A stretch of DNA of 63,932 nucleotides, filler included, from Corallochytrium limacisporum Hawaii (lineage: Eukaryota > Protista > Pluriformea), in assembly GCA_002811645.1 (NCBI GenBank). It is 5 parts of 5 records of this genome, joined end to end, with 100 filler letters (N's around TTAATTAATTAA, not from the genome) between each part and the next. Parts side by side here need not be neighbours in the genome. Positions count along the whole stretch, not along the records: positions 1 to 25,978 come from PDIP01000132.1; positions 26,079 to 44,764 come from PDIP01000164.1; 3 more parts are not named here. One strand, 5' to 3'. Made by a program: the position numbers and the translations under genes. This document shows positions 21,882 to 31,941 of this stretch, piece by piece; the stretch's first letter is position 1, and the number at the start of each line of letters is the position of its first letter. The notes beneath the pieces are model-generated. The model was not told where the DNA came from. It made no database searches and worked only from the letters and a program-made list of their open reading frames with translations.

Positions 21882-22394
21882 ATGTCGAACACATTGAAAC
21901 CATACCTCGCTGCTGTGCGCACCACTCTCGACGCAGCAATGTGCCTTCGAAACTTTGGATCACAGGTTGTCGAGCGATACAACCAACCTGAGGTTGAGGT
22001 AAAGCGCAGCCCAGAATTGTTGCTGCGTCCGGTGATTGTCAGCCGTAATGACAAGGAGCGGGTGCTGATTGAGGGGTCCATCAATTCTGTGCGGTTGAGC
22101 ATTGCCGTAAAGCAGGCAGACGACATTGAAAAGATTTTGTGCTCCAAGTTCATGCGCTTTCTGATGCAACGCGCCGAAGCCTTTAACATTCTTCGGCGGA
22201 AGGCTGTCGATGGGTACGACATCTCCTTCCTCATTACAAATGTACACACAGAGTCGATGTACAAGAACAAACTGGTCGATTTCATCATTTACTTTATGGA
22301 GGAAGTTGACCGGGAGATTAACGAAATGAAACTTACTCTGAATGCCCGTGCCCGCATCAGTGCTGAGGAGTTCCTGAAGGCATTCGGCAACTGA
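21882..22394 (+). CDS. ARPC4: Arp2/3 complex subunit 4 (p20-Arc)
   Basis: Colinear with animal ARPC4: [68 protein letters not shown]; intronless. Confidence 0.98.
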   Translation: MSNTLKPYLAAVRTTLDAAMCLRNFGSQVVERYNQPEVEVKRSPELLLRPVIVSRNDKERVLIEGSINSVRLSIAVKQADDIEKILCSKFMRFLMQRAEAFNILRRKAVDGYDISFLITNVHTESMYKNKLVDFIIYFMEEVDREINEMKLTLNARARISAEEFLKAFGN

Positions 22395-22813
22395 GTAACA
22401 GAACCCGTTTTTCGAGGGATCTCGACATAGCAAGAAGAGGAGCACGTCACTTCACCACGGCATCTGGACTGGAACACTACAAGGTCTTTCCAGAGACAAC
22501 ATTCGCAGTCCAGACGGTGGCCACCACGGTCACCCCCCCCCAAAAAAAAACAACAAAAAATGAAAAAGACATCCGCATGTTTAGGTTTACAGCAATGAAC
22601 TGGTAATCTGGTGAATGTGTACATTGGCCGTGCTCACCAGGTGCGGTCTATACAAGAAATGCTTTACGATAAAATGTTTATGCATGAGCCATTATGGAAG
22701 GATGATTTGAGTATGAAATTATGTTGATGATGTTGGAATGCACGCTGGTCATTCGCCTTCGATGTGGAAACTAGGGTATGTGTGGCCTTGTCTATAGGTA
22801 GTAGATACCTTGT

Positions 22814-25015
22814 CTATAGGTAGTAGATACGACTCTGAATCAAGAGCGCAGACGCGGCCACCATCATATTCGACGCCATGACCGAAAACAGGACGGTCCA
22901 GAGCCCGACGTTGACAAAGGTGGTGCGGAAGATAACCACCCACTCAGCATAGGTGCCCGGATAGAACCTCCTGATGTACAACAAACCCAGGTATCCGGTC
23001 ACGGTCATGAACGGAATCATAACCGCGGCAAAGATCAGAGAGTTCCTGACCTGCTCGTCAGTGTACACGTCAAAGTTGTCAACGTCTGTCTTAAGGTTGA
23101 CTTCGGCGAGGATTGCCGATTGTTCGTCAACATTGTCCTCCTGCACAAACGGAAACAGAATCTCATTGTCACCGTAGCGGAGAGACAGAGAAATGACAAT
23201 GTAAAACACAAAGGCTGAGATCTGACTGAGAATCTTGAGCATGTAGAAACGTGCCTGCCGCCGACGGTAGCCAGGGATCTGGTAGCTGTGGCCAGAGTCT
23301 GTGGGATCATTGTCCATGGTAACCACTTTGACGCTGGTGTCAAACATTTTCTCACCATGGCCCCACGCAATGCACAGACGCTTCAGCCAGACGCGGATGT
23401 GGAACCAGAACTCAGTAAGGAAGAACAGGTAGGCCATTTGCTCCAGGGCGCGCAGGGCGGCGAGCAGGAAGAACGTACCCGTAGGGTCTTCCACAACGGG
23501 AAAGACGAGAACCTGGAACACATCCTCAACGCTTTCGAGCCAGAAACCGGAGATAATCATTTGCACTTCAATGGGCAAGGGATCACCCAGGGCCAGCAAG
23601 ATGGCCTTGAAGATGAACAGCACAAAGACTAGGACAATAGACAGGAACCGCTGACCGGTGGCGTCCAGCTCCCGAAACACGAATATATACCCGTACATGA
23701 CAAAGACGAAGATCGTGACAGTCAAAATGTTGATGCAGAACCAAAGGTGCATTCGCTTGAAGTAGTTCTCGTTACAGACCCAGGTGAAGTGCCTGCAGAA
23801 GTAAAGGCAAAAGAGGGTAGTTGTCGGGATTAGGATCATTGACAGTCCACCCTGCAGTGTTATCGACTGGTTGCGGTTGGACATGATGGGCAGCAAAACC
23901 ACCACCTGCACTGCCGCGTTCACAAACAGAATCCAGACCCATTCCCGGAAAGGCCGCCACGGAGTGCGTGGATCAAGGGTGCCGATGAACACCACAATGA
24001 GTCCGTATGACAGTACAATGGAAATCAAGGGATTCAGGACCAGCAGGTAGATTAGGTGATCGTTCAGTGACTCACTTACCGGTTCGCCGATGTCAACACC
24101 GCCGTAAAACAAAGCAACTAAACCCCCGGGAATCAGGGACATAAACAAGACAAAGAACACCGGACCCAGCCGGTGGTGGCTCAGATGCACCAAGAAGCGC
24201 TCCATGGCCTGTACAATTACTGCGTGGCAGTGAGAGCGGGCGGGAGGCATCTCTTCCGTGTCTGTGACTTTGATCATCGGTGTGTCAGTTTCACGGCGGG
24301 TCGGTGAGTCCTGGCTCGGAGTACCCAATGTGTTCTGGCCGTCCTCAGCAATGGACAATTGGCTAAGCGGTGTGATGTTCTGGCTTGGTTCGCTACTGTT
24401 GCTTGCCCTGGGAGATCCATTCTTTAATGCCGTGCCTTCCTCGCTCTTAGGCTGTCCCGACACGCTCGACCTTTGACTCCTGTGAAAGACGGAGTGGGCC
24501 AACTGCGAGAGAGTCCGCGGTGTCCTACGTTTTGACATGAGCGTGTACTTGACCACCGCGGGACATACGTACGTGGGGTCGCCCAGGGCTGGGCATTCGG
24601 GACAGCAGGCGGACACAGCCCGCCCGCTGCAGACTGCGGACACGGCACCGCCACCGGTTAGCAGGATTGCCAACTGCTCCTTGCTATAGACAGAGAACAG
24701 ATCTCCCGGTTCCCCATTGGGTCCCGCAGGTACTGTTAGCACCATGTCTTTGTCCACATTGCCACACTGCAGGGTCTGGCCCGGGGTCTGGCTCGGAGTC
24801 TGGCCCGGAGTATGCTCGAGCGGTGCTCTCTCGTCATGTTCTGAAGTTGCTGCAGTTATTTCGATCACTGTCCCCGGGGACCGCTCGTTGAGGTCAGTCA
24901 TTTCAGCTTCGTCTATGTCGTCGGCGACAGCTAGATTAATGCTCGCCAGCGTAGTTGTCGGGGCCATGGGAGGATGGTCTCCTCTATGGGAGTCGTCCCA
25001 GTGCTCGTCAGACAT
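22814..25015 (-). CDS. Multi-pass membrane protein of unknown function (733 aa)
   Basis: Long ORF with ATG; ~280-aa disordered N-terminus containing a Cys cluster (CCPECP), then about 10-12 hydrophobic helices. Confidence 0.85.
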   Translation of the reverse strand: MSDEHWDDSHRGDHPPMAPTTTLASINLAVADDIDEAEMTDLNERSPGTVIEITAATSEHDERAPLEHTPGQTPSQTPGQTLQCGNVDKDMVLTVPAGPNGEPGDLFSVYSKEQLAILLTGGGAVSAVCSGRAVSACCPECPALGDPTYVCPAVVKYTLMSKRRTPRTLSQLAHSVFHRSQRSSVSGQPKSEEGTALKNGSPRASNSSEPSQNITPLSQLSIAEDGQNTLGTPSQDSPTRRETDTPMIKVTDTEEMPPARSHCHAVIVQAMERFLVHLSHHRLGPVFFVLFMSLIPGGLVALFYGGVDIGEPVSESLNDHLIYLLVLNPLISIVLSYGLIVVFIGTLDPRTPWRPFREWVWILFVNAAVQVVVLLPIMSNRNQSITLQGGLSMILIPTTTLFCLYFCRHFTWVCNENYFKRMHLWFCINILTVTIFVFVMYGYIFVFRELDATGQRFLSIVLVFVLFIFKAILLALGDPLPIEVQMIISGFWLESVEDVFQVLVFPVVEDPTGTFFLLAALRALEQMAYLFFLTEFWFHIRVWLKRLCIAWGHGEKMFDTSVKVVTMDNDPTDSGHSYQIPGYRRRQARFYMLKILSQISAFVFYIVISLSLRYGDNEILFPFVQEDNVDEQSAILAEVNLKTDVDNFDVYTDEQVRNSLIFAAVMIPFMTVTGYLGLLYIRRFYPGTYAEWVVIFRTTFVNVGLWTVLFSVMASNMMVAASALLIQSRIYYL

Positions 25016-25978
25016 CTTTGCCGTTGCTAACTTTTGCGTTCTAAGTGTAAGTACTCGAGAAAACTGGCGAAGTGGGAGGAATTAATATATGACAACCCTC
25101 TGCAGAATTCCTATCCGGTCTCGTTTCTAGTAGTTGAACAGAGCATGCCACAGCTCCTACTCTTTCCTTTCTCACATTGAAGATCTCAGTCGATCATCAT
25201 TACTTTTACGGATCCGGAGCCATCTGAAATAACTTGCGACGTATGCACTACTTGGGACCCATGCCAAATCTCTTGTGCCATGGGGACACCAAAAGGTAGG
25301 AGCCAACAGGGAGACCAAAACACAATTCTCTGATACGCACGGACCAATCCTTCTTAGTTTCTATTTTATTTTGGGACCATTACGTTTTCTTTTTTTGCCC
25401 AAAAGGACCTCGTATCCTTCACCAATGCCCCATGACGGCGCGCACACCCCCCGAGTGTGCCTGTGGCCCAAAGTCTCGTCCGACGGGTGCCATTTCCCCC
25501 CACCCCCCCCACCCAAAGTGCGACCAAAAGGCTGCGGTTCGATCCGCTTAGTTTGATGATACGCCCCACGCACGGAACCGAAGACACGAGACCCAAAAGA
25601 AAAAAGAACCGATGGCATCGGGGAAACACTCGCAGAGATCGGGGTCGCACCCCTTCACTATAGAAAACATAAGGGAAACCTCTCGAGGAAAATCCACAAG
25701 CGCCTTTGCCATTATTTTTTTTCCATCTCCCCCTCTCTCGCTCTTCTCGCTCTTCTCTCTCCTTCCCATCTTTTCCTTGTTTCCTTTCTTCCTCCTTCCA
25801 CCAGACGAAAGCACACACACAAAGCGCAGCAGGAGAAAACCTCTTTGTCTTCTTTCTCTTTTTTCCTTTTGGCGATTTTCTTATCCTTTGTTCAGGTTTT
25901 CGCCTGTTCTATTTTTTTTACTCCCCCCGGGGGGGGGGTGGGGGCACCCAAAGAAAATCGATCGATTGCATTTTAGCC

Positions 25979-26078
25979 NNNNNNNNNNNNNNNNNNNNNN
26001 NNNNNNNNNNNNNNNNNNNNNNTTAATTAATTAANNNNNNNNNNNNNNNNNNNNNNNNNNNNNNNNNNNNNNNNNNNN
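25979..26078. other. Artificial contig linker
   Basis: N44-TTAATTAATTAA-N44 six-frame stop spacer. Confidence 0.97.
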
Positions 26079-29000
26079 ATGAACAGACTGGCTTCTACTC
26101 TGGTGCCACGGACTGCTTTGGAGAGGACAATGTAAACATTGGCTGTACCAGTAACGAATGCTGTGACTTCCGTGCAACATGTGCTGCCGTTGGGCTTGGA
26201 GACGACGCTTTGTGTAATGCCGCAGCGCAAGAAGGCTTTTCAGGTGTGTACTCTGGGGCGACCGTCTGTGAGGGCGACTGCCTTCCAGAGTTTTGCTGCA
26301 CGTTCGCGGCCATACCAATTACCTGCACTGATCTGGGCCTGGTAACCACCGCTGCTTGCGCTGCGGAGGCGCCTCCGGGCTTTACTGCGTCTGCCTCCAA
26401 CGGCCCAGATGCTGCCTGCGAAAATCCGACTACCTGCATTGTAGAAGACTGCTGTGTCTTTGTCGAGAACGCGGCGGCAACATGCACTGACTTGGGATTG
26501 ACAAACGATGCCACATGCGGTGCAGTTGATGGCTTTGACCGCTGGTCTGGTGTTCTAGCCTGCGGTGACGATGTCGACTGCGCCGTAGCGGACTGCTGCG
26601 AGGCCGCCGTGTCCTGCGCCGACATTGGTGCTGGCACGAACGCAGAATGTGCGGACATTGCTGGCTTTGACTTTGCTCTCGGTAACGTTAATTGTGGCAA
26701 TGATGCGGCTGTCGTGGATTGCACCGCGCCTGAGCAGTGTTGCGGTGCCTTGATCACGTGCGCAGACCTAGCGTTAACTTCCGACGGTGCGTGTGCGGCT
26801 GCGACTGACGGCACTCTTAGTGTCTGGCTCGGACTGGATGGGGACGATAATTGCGGGGATGGTGTCGATTGCACTGTAGCCGACTGCTGTCGCGCTGCCT
26901 TCAACTGTGGTGCGGCTGGGTTTGGCACCAACCTCGCCTGTGTAGGTGCTGGTGCTGGTGACTATTCGCTCGGCACAGAGCAAACTTGCGCCAACGGTGA
27001 CTGCACCGCCGCAGAGTGCTGTGCAACCTTTGAGGACTGCGCAACAGCAGGCTTTGGCACGGATACCGATTGTGGTTTAGGGCGTTTCAGCACCGGTCTC
27101 GGACAGTGCACCAATGCAGACGGTAACGTGCAAGTGGATTGTACCGAAGCACAATGCTGCGCTCCTTACGAGACCTGTGCGACCCTTGGTCTCGACACCG
27201 ACGCTGGCTGTGTTGATGCAGGATTTGGCGCCACCATTGCCACGCAAGCAACATGCGGCATCAACGCAGACGACTGTGGGCCCGCCGTCTGCTGCCGCCC
27301 TGCAGCCCAGACCTGCAGGGCAGCGGGACTGAGCACCGACGCAGAGTGCCAGACTGCTGGAGCGTTTGCTGGTACGAACAATTTTGCAGGAGCCTGTGAA
27401 GGTAACAATGGCGTCACCTGTGCGCCTGAAGAATGCTGTACTGTCGCGCAGACTTGTACGACCCTCGGTCTTACTACCGCCGAGGCCTGTATTGCGGTCG
27501 ATGGCGCTGGTTACACAGGCCTTACACCGACAGATCCCACCTGCGGTACAGCCGCCGGGAACTTTGCACCCTGTACAGCTGCCGACTGTTGTATTGCTGC
27601 GCCGACTTGCGTCTCCCTCGGACTGACTACAGACGAGGAATGCCGGGAAGCCACCACCCCGGAGCTGCCGTTCACCCGTGCTGTGGTCGCAGCAGCTGCA
27701 GTGGACTGTCCCGCCGACGGCGGCTGCACCCCTAGCGACTGTTGTGCCGGCGGCAGCGCGTGTGAATTAAGTGGTTTCCTTAGCACTGTAGAGTGTGTCG
27801 CTGAGGGCTTTGACTTCCGTCGCGTTGAGATCGAAACGATTACGTGCGATGGAGGAAATGTGTGCACCAGTGCCGAGTGCTGTGGTAGTTATGATGCCGA
27901 ATGTGCGGCCGCGGGCTTTAGCACGTACGCCGACTGTCAGCTTGCGGCCGATCAGGAGGATGGCAATGACTCGTTCTACCTCACTGCCATCATGCCGGTC
28001 TGCGGTGCCGCGTCACCGTCGGGTGAACCGTGCTCGCTGAGTACTTGTTGTGCTGAAGCAATTCCAACAGAAGGGGACTCAGACGGCGATCGCATCCTTG
28101 ACGCTGAGGACAACTGCCCGACGGTGTTCAATCCTGACCAGGAGCAAGTCTCCTGCGGGGCCGTATCGCCTCCCGACGAGAGCACAGACGAGACGGTAGA
28201 GACTTCATCAACTTGTGTGAATAGTGCCTGCGACCAGACGCAGGCGCAAGGGGACGTCCAGAGCGCAATGGAGGTTGTGGTGCCGCTCATTCTAGTCATA
28301 AGCGCTGGCACTGTGGTAATAACGGAGGTCACCCTCAAGAATGCAAAGGAAGTCGCTGAGATGGGCCAAGAAGCTGAGATCTCCAAGCATGGACGTTACA
28401 ACTTGCTCGTAGGTGAGGGCATGCTCACTTTCACGTTCTTTTTCATGAATCAGAACATGGAGGCTTACACTTGGATCCCCAATTGTGCCATAGTCGGTGC
28501 CGTCTTTCATTTTGGTGCCTATTTGATGGCAGCGTGTACGCTGTATATGATGGCGCGTATGCGAGACTGTCTGAATTGGGAGAATGGCAATAGCCTGAGC
28601 GACCGCTCGGTCAAGCCTTGGATCGATCCCACTGGTGCAGGCATGGTCAATGCAACGGACTCGGATGTGCCCGCTCCCACTCCACTAGCACCGGTTGCAG
28701 AAGAAGGAGCAGGTGCTGAAGCAGGGCCTGATGGTGAGATAGTTGAGGCTGGTGGCAACACCACCAGTGCGGCCAATGAAGGTGCCTTGGACATTGACAA
28801 TGACATGGGCCTGCGCTGGCTCTACGAGCGCCGACTTGGACGTCGTCAGATGTGGAACACGTCACGCCGCAAGGTCATTCGTCGCATGGGCGTGTTGTGG
28901 GTGCTCATTGTTATTGTCGTGCTCGGCTCTGTGCTCACAATTCCTGCGGAACAACCAGACGATAGTAGTCCAATTTGTGTTTATCCCGAGGAATGGTGGC

Positions 29001-29602
29001 TGTGGAGCCTGTTGGTTGCTCCACTGGCCGTCACGGTACTGATTGCCGCAGTTATGGTGCCTTACAATGGTTACAAGCTTGCTTACCTCACACGTCATGC
29101 CGACGCCGAACAGCGCACCAATGCTTTGCGCCGTGGCTACGTTTTGGAATGGTGCAATGAGCTCATCGGCGCACTCATTACCGGCTTCTGGCTGTTTACC
29201 ATTGTCAACTGGGAGACACCAGTCGCGGGACTAGTGGGAACCCTTGCCATTATTACCTTAGTTCTGCTCGTTCTCAACTTCATCCGCATGGCTATTGATT
29301 GGGAAGGCACTATCTTTGGAATGTTCGGTTTCGGTGGCATGATTGCCGACGAACTGAAACGCAACAGTGTTACGATGAGGAAGGGTAAACTGCTGAAAAC
29401 AGTAACCGAGGAAGTGCGGAAGTCACGTCTGAGCGTAAGCGGATCTTCCATGCCTTCCGATGCCGAACTCGAAACTGGCACGGTCGACGTCACAGAGCAG
29501 AACGGCCAGAATGGTAGTCCTGGTGGAAACTCACCAACGATGCAGTGGAATTTTGACCCCCCGCAGCTCAACGACCAGTACCGCACCGAGTCTATGGGAT
29601 AG
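26079..29602 (+). CDS. 5'-partial 7TM receptor (adhesion/secretin-GPCR-like) with Cys-rich repeat ectodomain and thrombospondin type-3 motif
   Basis: Frame is open from the contig edge (26081: EQTGFYSGATDC...); more than 12 repeats of ~45-50 aa (TC..LG..T...C ... C....CC); DSDGDRILDAEDNCPTVFNPDQ; seven hydrophobic helices including TM3-like CAIVGAVFHFGAYL and ICVYPEEWWLWSLLVAP. Confidence 0.8.
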
Positions 29603-29896
29603 TGGGATCAAACTCAAAGCTCGCATTTGAAATGTTATCCTACACTGGCAGCCGGAAGTCCATCATCTAATGGGAGCTGGGCTCTACTACACGATGATGT
29701 TTCCAACTGTTTGTGCTACTTGCAATTTTAACTTTACTTTGTGATTTGGATACCCTTGACACTCCTTTACTATACCATACATTGTAACGTTAATGAAATC
29801 ATATTAGTATGACTTACATGCCAAGTTCAGATATATCGCTACCGTACATAGTGTGGTGACCATTACGAAGAACCTCAAAAACTTCCTAGTGTTTCT

Positions 29897-31000
29897 TCAC
29901 GGCATTAATACCGCGGGCGGGAGACGGTCCTTGTAGTTCTTCTCACCCGAGAGGTTGACCTTGGCCGTCTGCGTGTGCCAGACGTAGATATCATCGCACG
30001 CGCCCGGGATGACTTCAAGTTCGTCCCGGCTCTCTACCACTGTGGACAGCAAGTCCGTCTCCAAATTTCCCTGTTTCGCCTCTGCATCGAACCGGAAACG
30101 AGCAAAGTCCGTAATCGCCTGCGTATTGATCGCGAATGCAGCCATATCCAATGGAAACTTGCGACTTGGCTGCCACCCGACGCGGAAGTTTTGGAAGACG
30201 CCATTTTGACACCAGGCGCCTTCGTACTCCAGACCACCGACTAAGCCCACGGCCCACACTCCTACTCGCTGTATGCCTCCGGTGCTCTCTGAGCCTATCC
30301 TTCCTCCAGCGAGATTTGATTCTCTTCCTTTCCTTGCATTCCCACCCGTCCTCATGAATCTGAATAGATCTACGTCGTAGCTATTGTCATCGTCTGCGAA
30401 ATAGACTATACCGTGTCCGAAATGCAGATTCCTAACATATCTCTCCAATTCCTCCACACCTAGATTACGTTGAAGGATCCCACGGTGGTGGATCTTAGTC
30501 GTCGTGCCCCAAGCCTCCTCGGTGGTTTTCACAAAAAGGTGTGAAACTGCCCTGACGCCCGCCTTGGCCAATGTCGCAGCTATTCGGGGATCCCTCTCAG
30601 GAGCGTCCTCAACAACGATCCAAATCAGATTCGGCACGTGACCTAGCGTCTGACCCAGTCGCGTCAGATCCGCCCGCTGAGTTGACTTCTTCGCTGAGGC
30701 GGTGACCACATAGATTGGGGGTTCTGTTGGGAAGTCAGGGTCGAATCGGATCCCTTGTTTGCGATCTTCCCTCGCTGCGCACGGATCCTCATAGCCGTGT
30801 CTGACGGTACCACAGGAAAGCGATGATCCGCCAAAATATTGGGAGGGAAAGCCGACCAGCAAATAGCAACCAACAAAAAAGCAGCCGATGCTAAGAAGCA
30901 GCAAGTGGCGACTGCTCAGATTGAAGCGAGTTGTGTGGCGACGAAAGGTTGATCCCCCCGCTGGGTAGCTCTTTCGGTTGTTATGGAATGGCAAGGACAT
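29897..31000 (-). CDS. GT43 beta-1,3-glucuronyltransferase (B3GAT/GlcAT-I-like), type II membrane protein
   Basis: IYVVT, QRADLTRLGQTL, WIVVED, RGILQRN, VYFADDDNSYD, RKFPLDMAAFA, NLETDLL, VWHTQT; N-terminal anchor. Confidence 0.95.
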   Translation of the reverse strand: MSLPFHNNRKSYPAGGSTFRRHTTRFNLSSRHLLLLSIGCFFVGCYLLVGFPSQYFGGSSLSCGTVRHGYEDPCAAREDRKQGIRFDPDFPTEPPIYVVTASAKKSTQRADLTRLGQTLGHVPNLIWIVVEDAPERDPRIAATLAKAGVRAVSHLFVKTTEEAWGTTTKIHHRGILQRNLGVEELERYVRNLHFGHGIVYFADDDNSYDVDLFRFMRTGGNARKGRESNLAGGRIGSESTGGIQRVGVWAVGLVGGLEYEGAWCQNGVFQNFRVGWQPSRKFPLDMAAFAINTQAITDFARFRFDAEAKQGNLETDLLSTVVESRDELEVIPGACDDIYVWHTQTAKVNLSGEKNYKDRLPPAVLMP

Positions 31001-31633
31001 GACCGTGTTCCCTATGCCTTACTGAAAATAAATTCTAACCCTTACTGCTTTACCGCTAGCCTAGGTACCACCAATGCTCCCATGTGATTGTGTTCTCGTC
31101 ATCCCGTCGTTTCGTTTTGGTCTTCAGTAGAACCGAGATCTACGTAACGCACACGAGTTTTGTCTACCTTTTCTCTTCCTTTTCTTGCTTGTCTTCAACT
31201 CTCTTTGACACACTTTTTGATCATGTAGTTCATGCCTCGGTAAATGTAGAAATGCGTGTTGTCTTCTCTTTCATCTTCCATGACTCTGTCAACATGTGCA
31301 CTGGTAAGTAGGTTTGCAACAAGCTCTCATCTGCAGCAAAATTTCCTCATCTTATATGGAGCGTTCGAGTGTACAGCGGCCAAGTTTCTGTTTATGTGCC
31401 TTTAACAATGTGAGCAACGTACGCACCACAAAGAGTGTCAACGGCAAAGACCAGGACCTGACTCCACAACGGGATTGGTACCACCAAGGACAAAAGCGCG
31501 GCCAATGTTGCGACCGCCGATGAATTAGAAAAACCAATTAGGGGGACTCCCGTCGGTAAGCGCGCTGAAAGTCTAAAGAAAAAGAAGGGGAACTGGTTCC
31601 CGGCCTATCCTCACAATCCGGCGCCCGCCCCAA

Positions 31634-31726
31634 CCCCCCTTTTGGGGGGGGGGGGGCCCTTTTTCGCCAACCGGGCCCCCCCCCCTTGGGGGGGGGGGGG
31701 GGCCCTTTTTCGCCAACCGGGCCCCC
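31634..31726. repeat. Duplicated GC-rich hairpin unit between poly-G/poly-C tracts
   Basis: gggggccctttttcgccaaccgggccccc occurs twice (about 31652-31680 and 31698-31726). Confidence 0.8.
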
Positions 31727-31941
31727 TGTGCTGGGTCCATACCCAAATGCTGCGAGAGCCTCTGGGAGTAGCGCGCCCTACTGGGAGAGCAGCGGATTGT
31801 AGAAGGCCCGCTGCCAGTGGTCCTCCAACGACCGTGCGATGGGGAAGTGCGCTGGTGGTGACAGAGATGTGATGATGAGGATGGATGGATGGATGGATGG
31901 ATGGCGATATTTGGCTATATTGAATGAATGGTGAGCACTCT

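Noticed and set aside
25530-25550. gcggttcgatccgc as a tRNA T-arm
   Set aside because: No D-arm, anticodon arm or acceptor stem in the flanks
25979-26078. TTAATTAATTAA palindrome recurring four times
   Set aside because: Always centred in N44 blocks; an artificial six-frame stop linker, not biology
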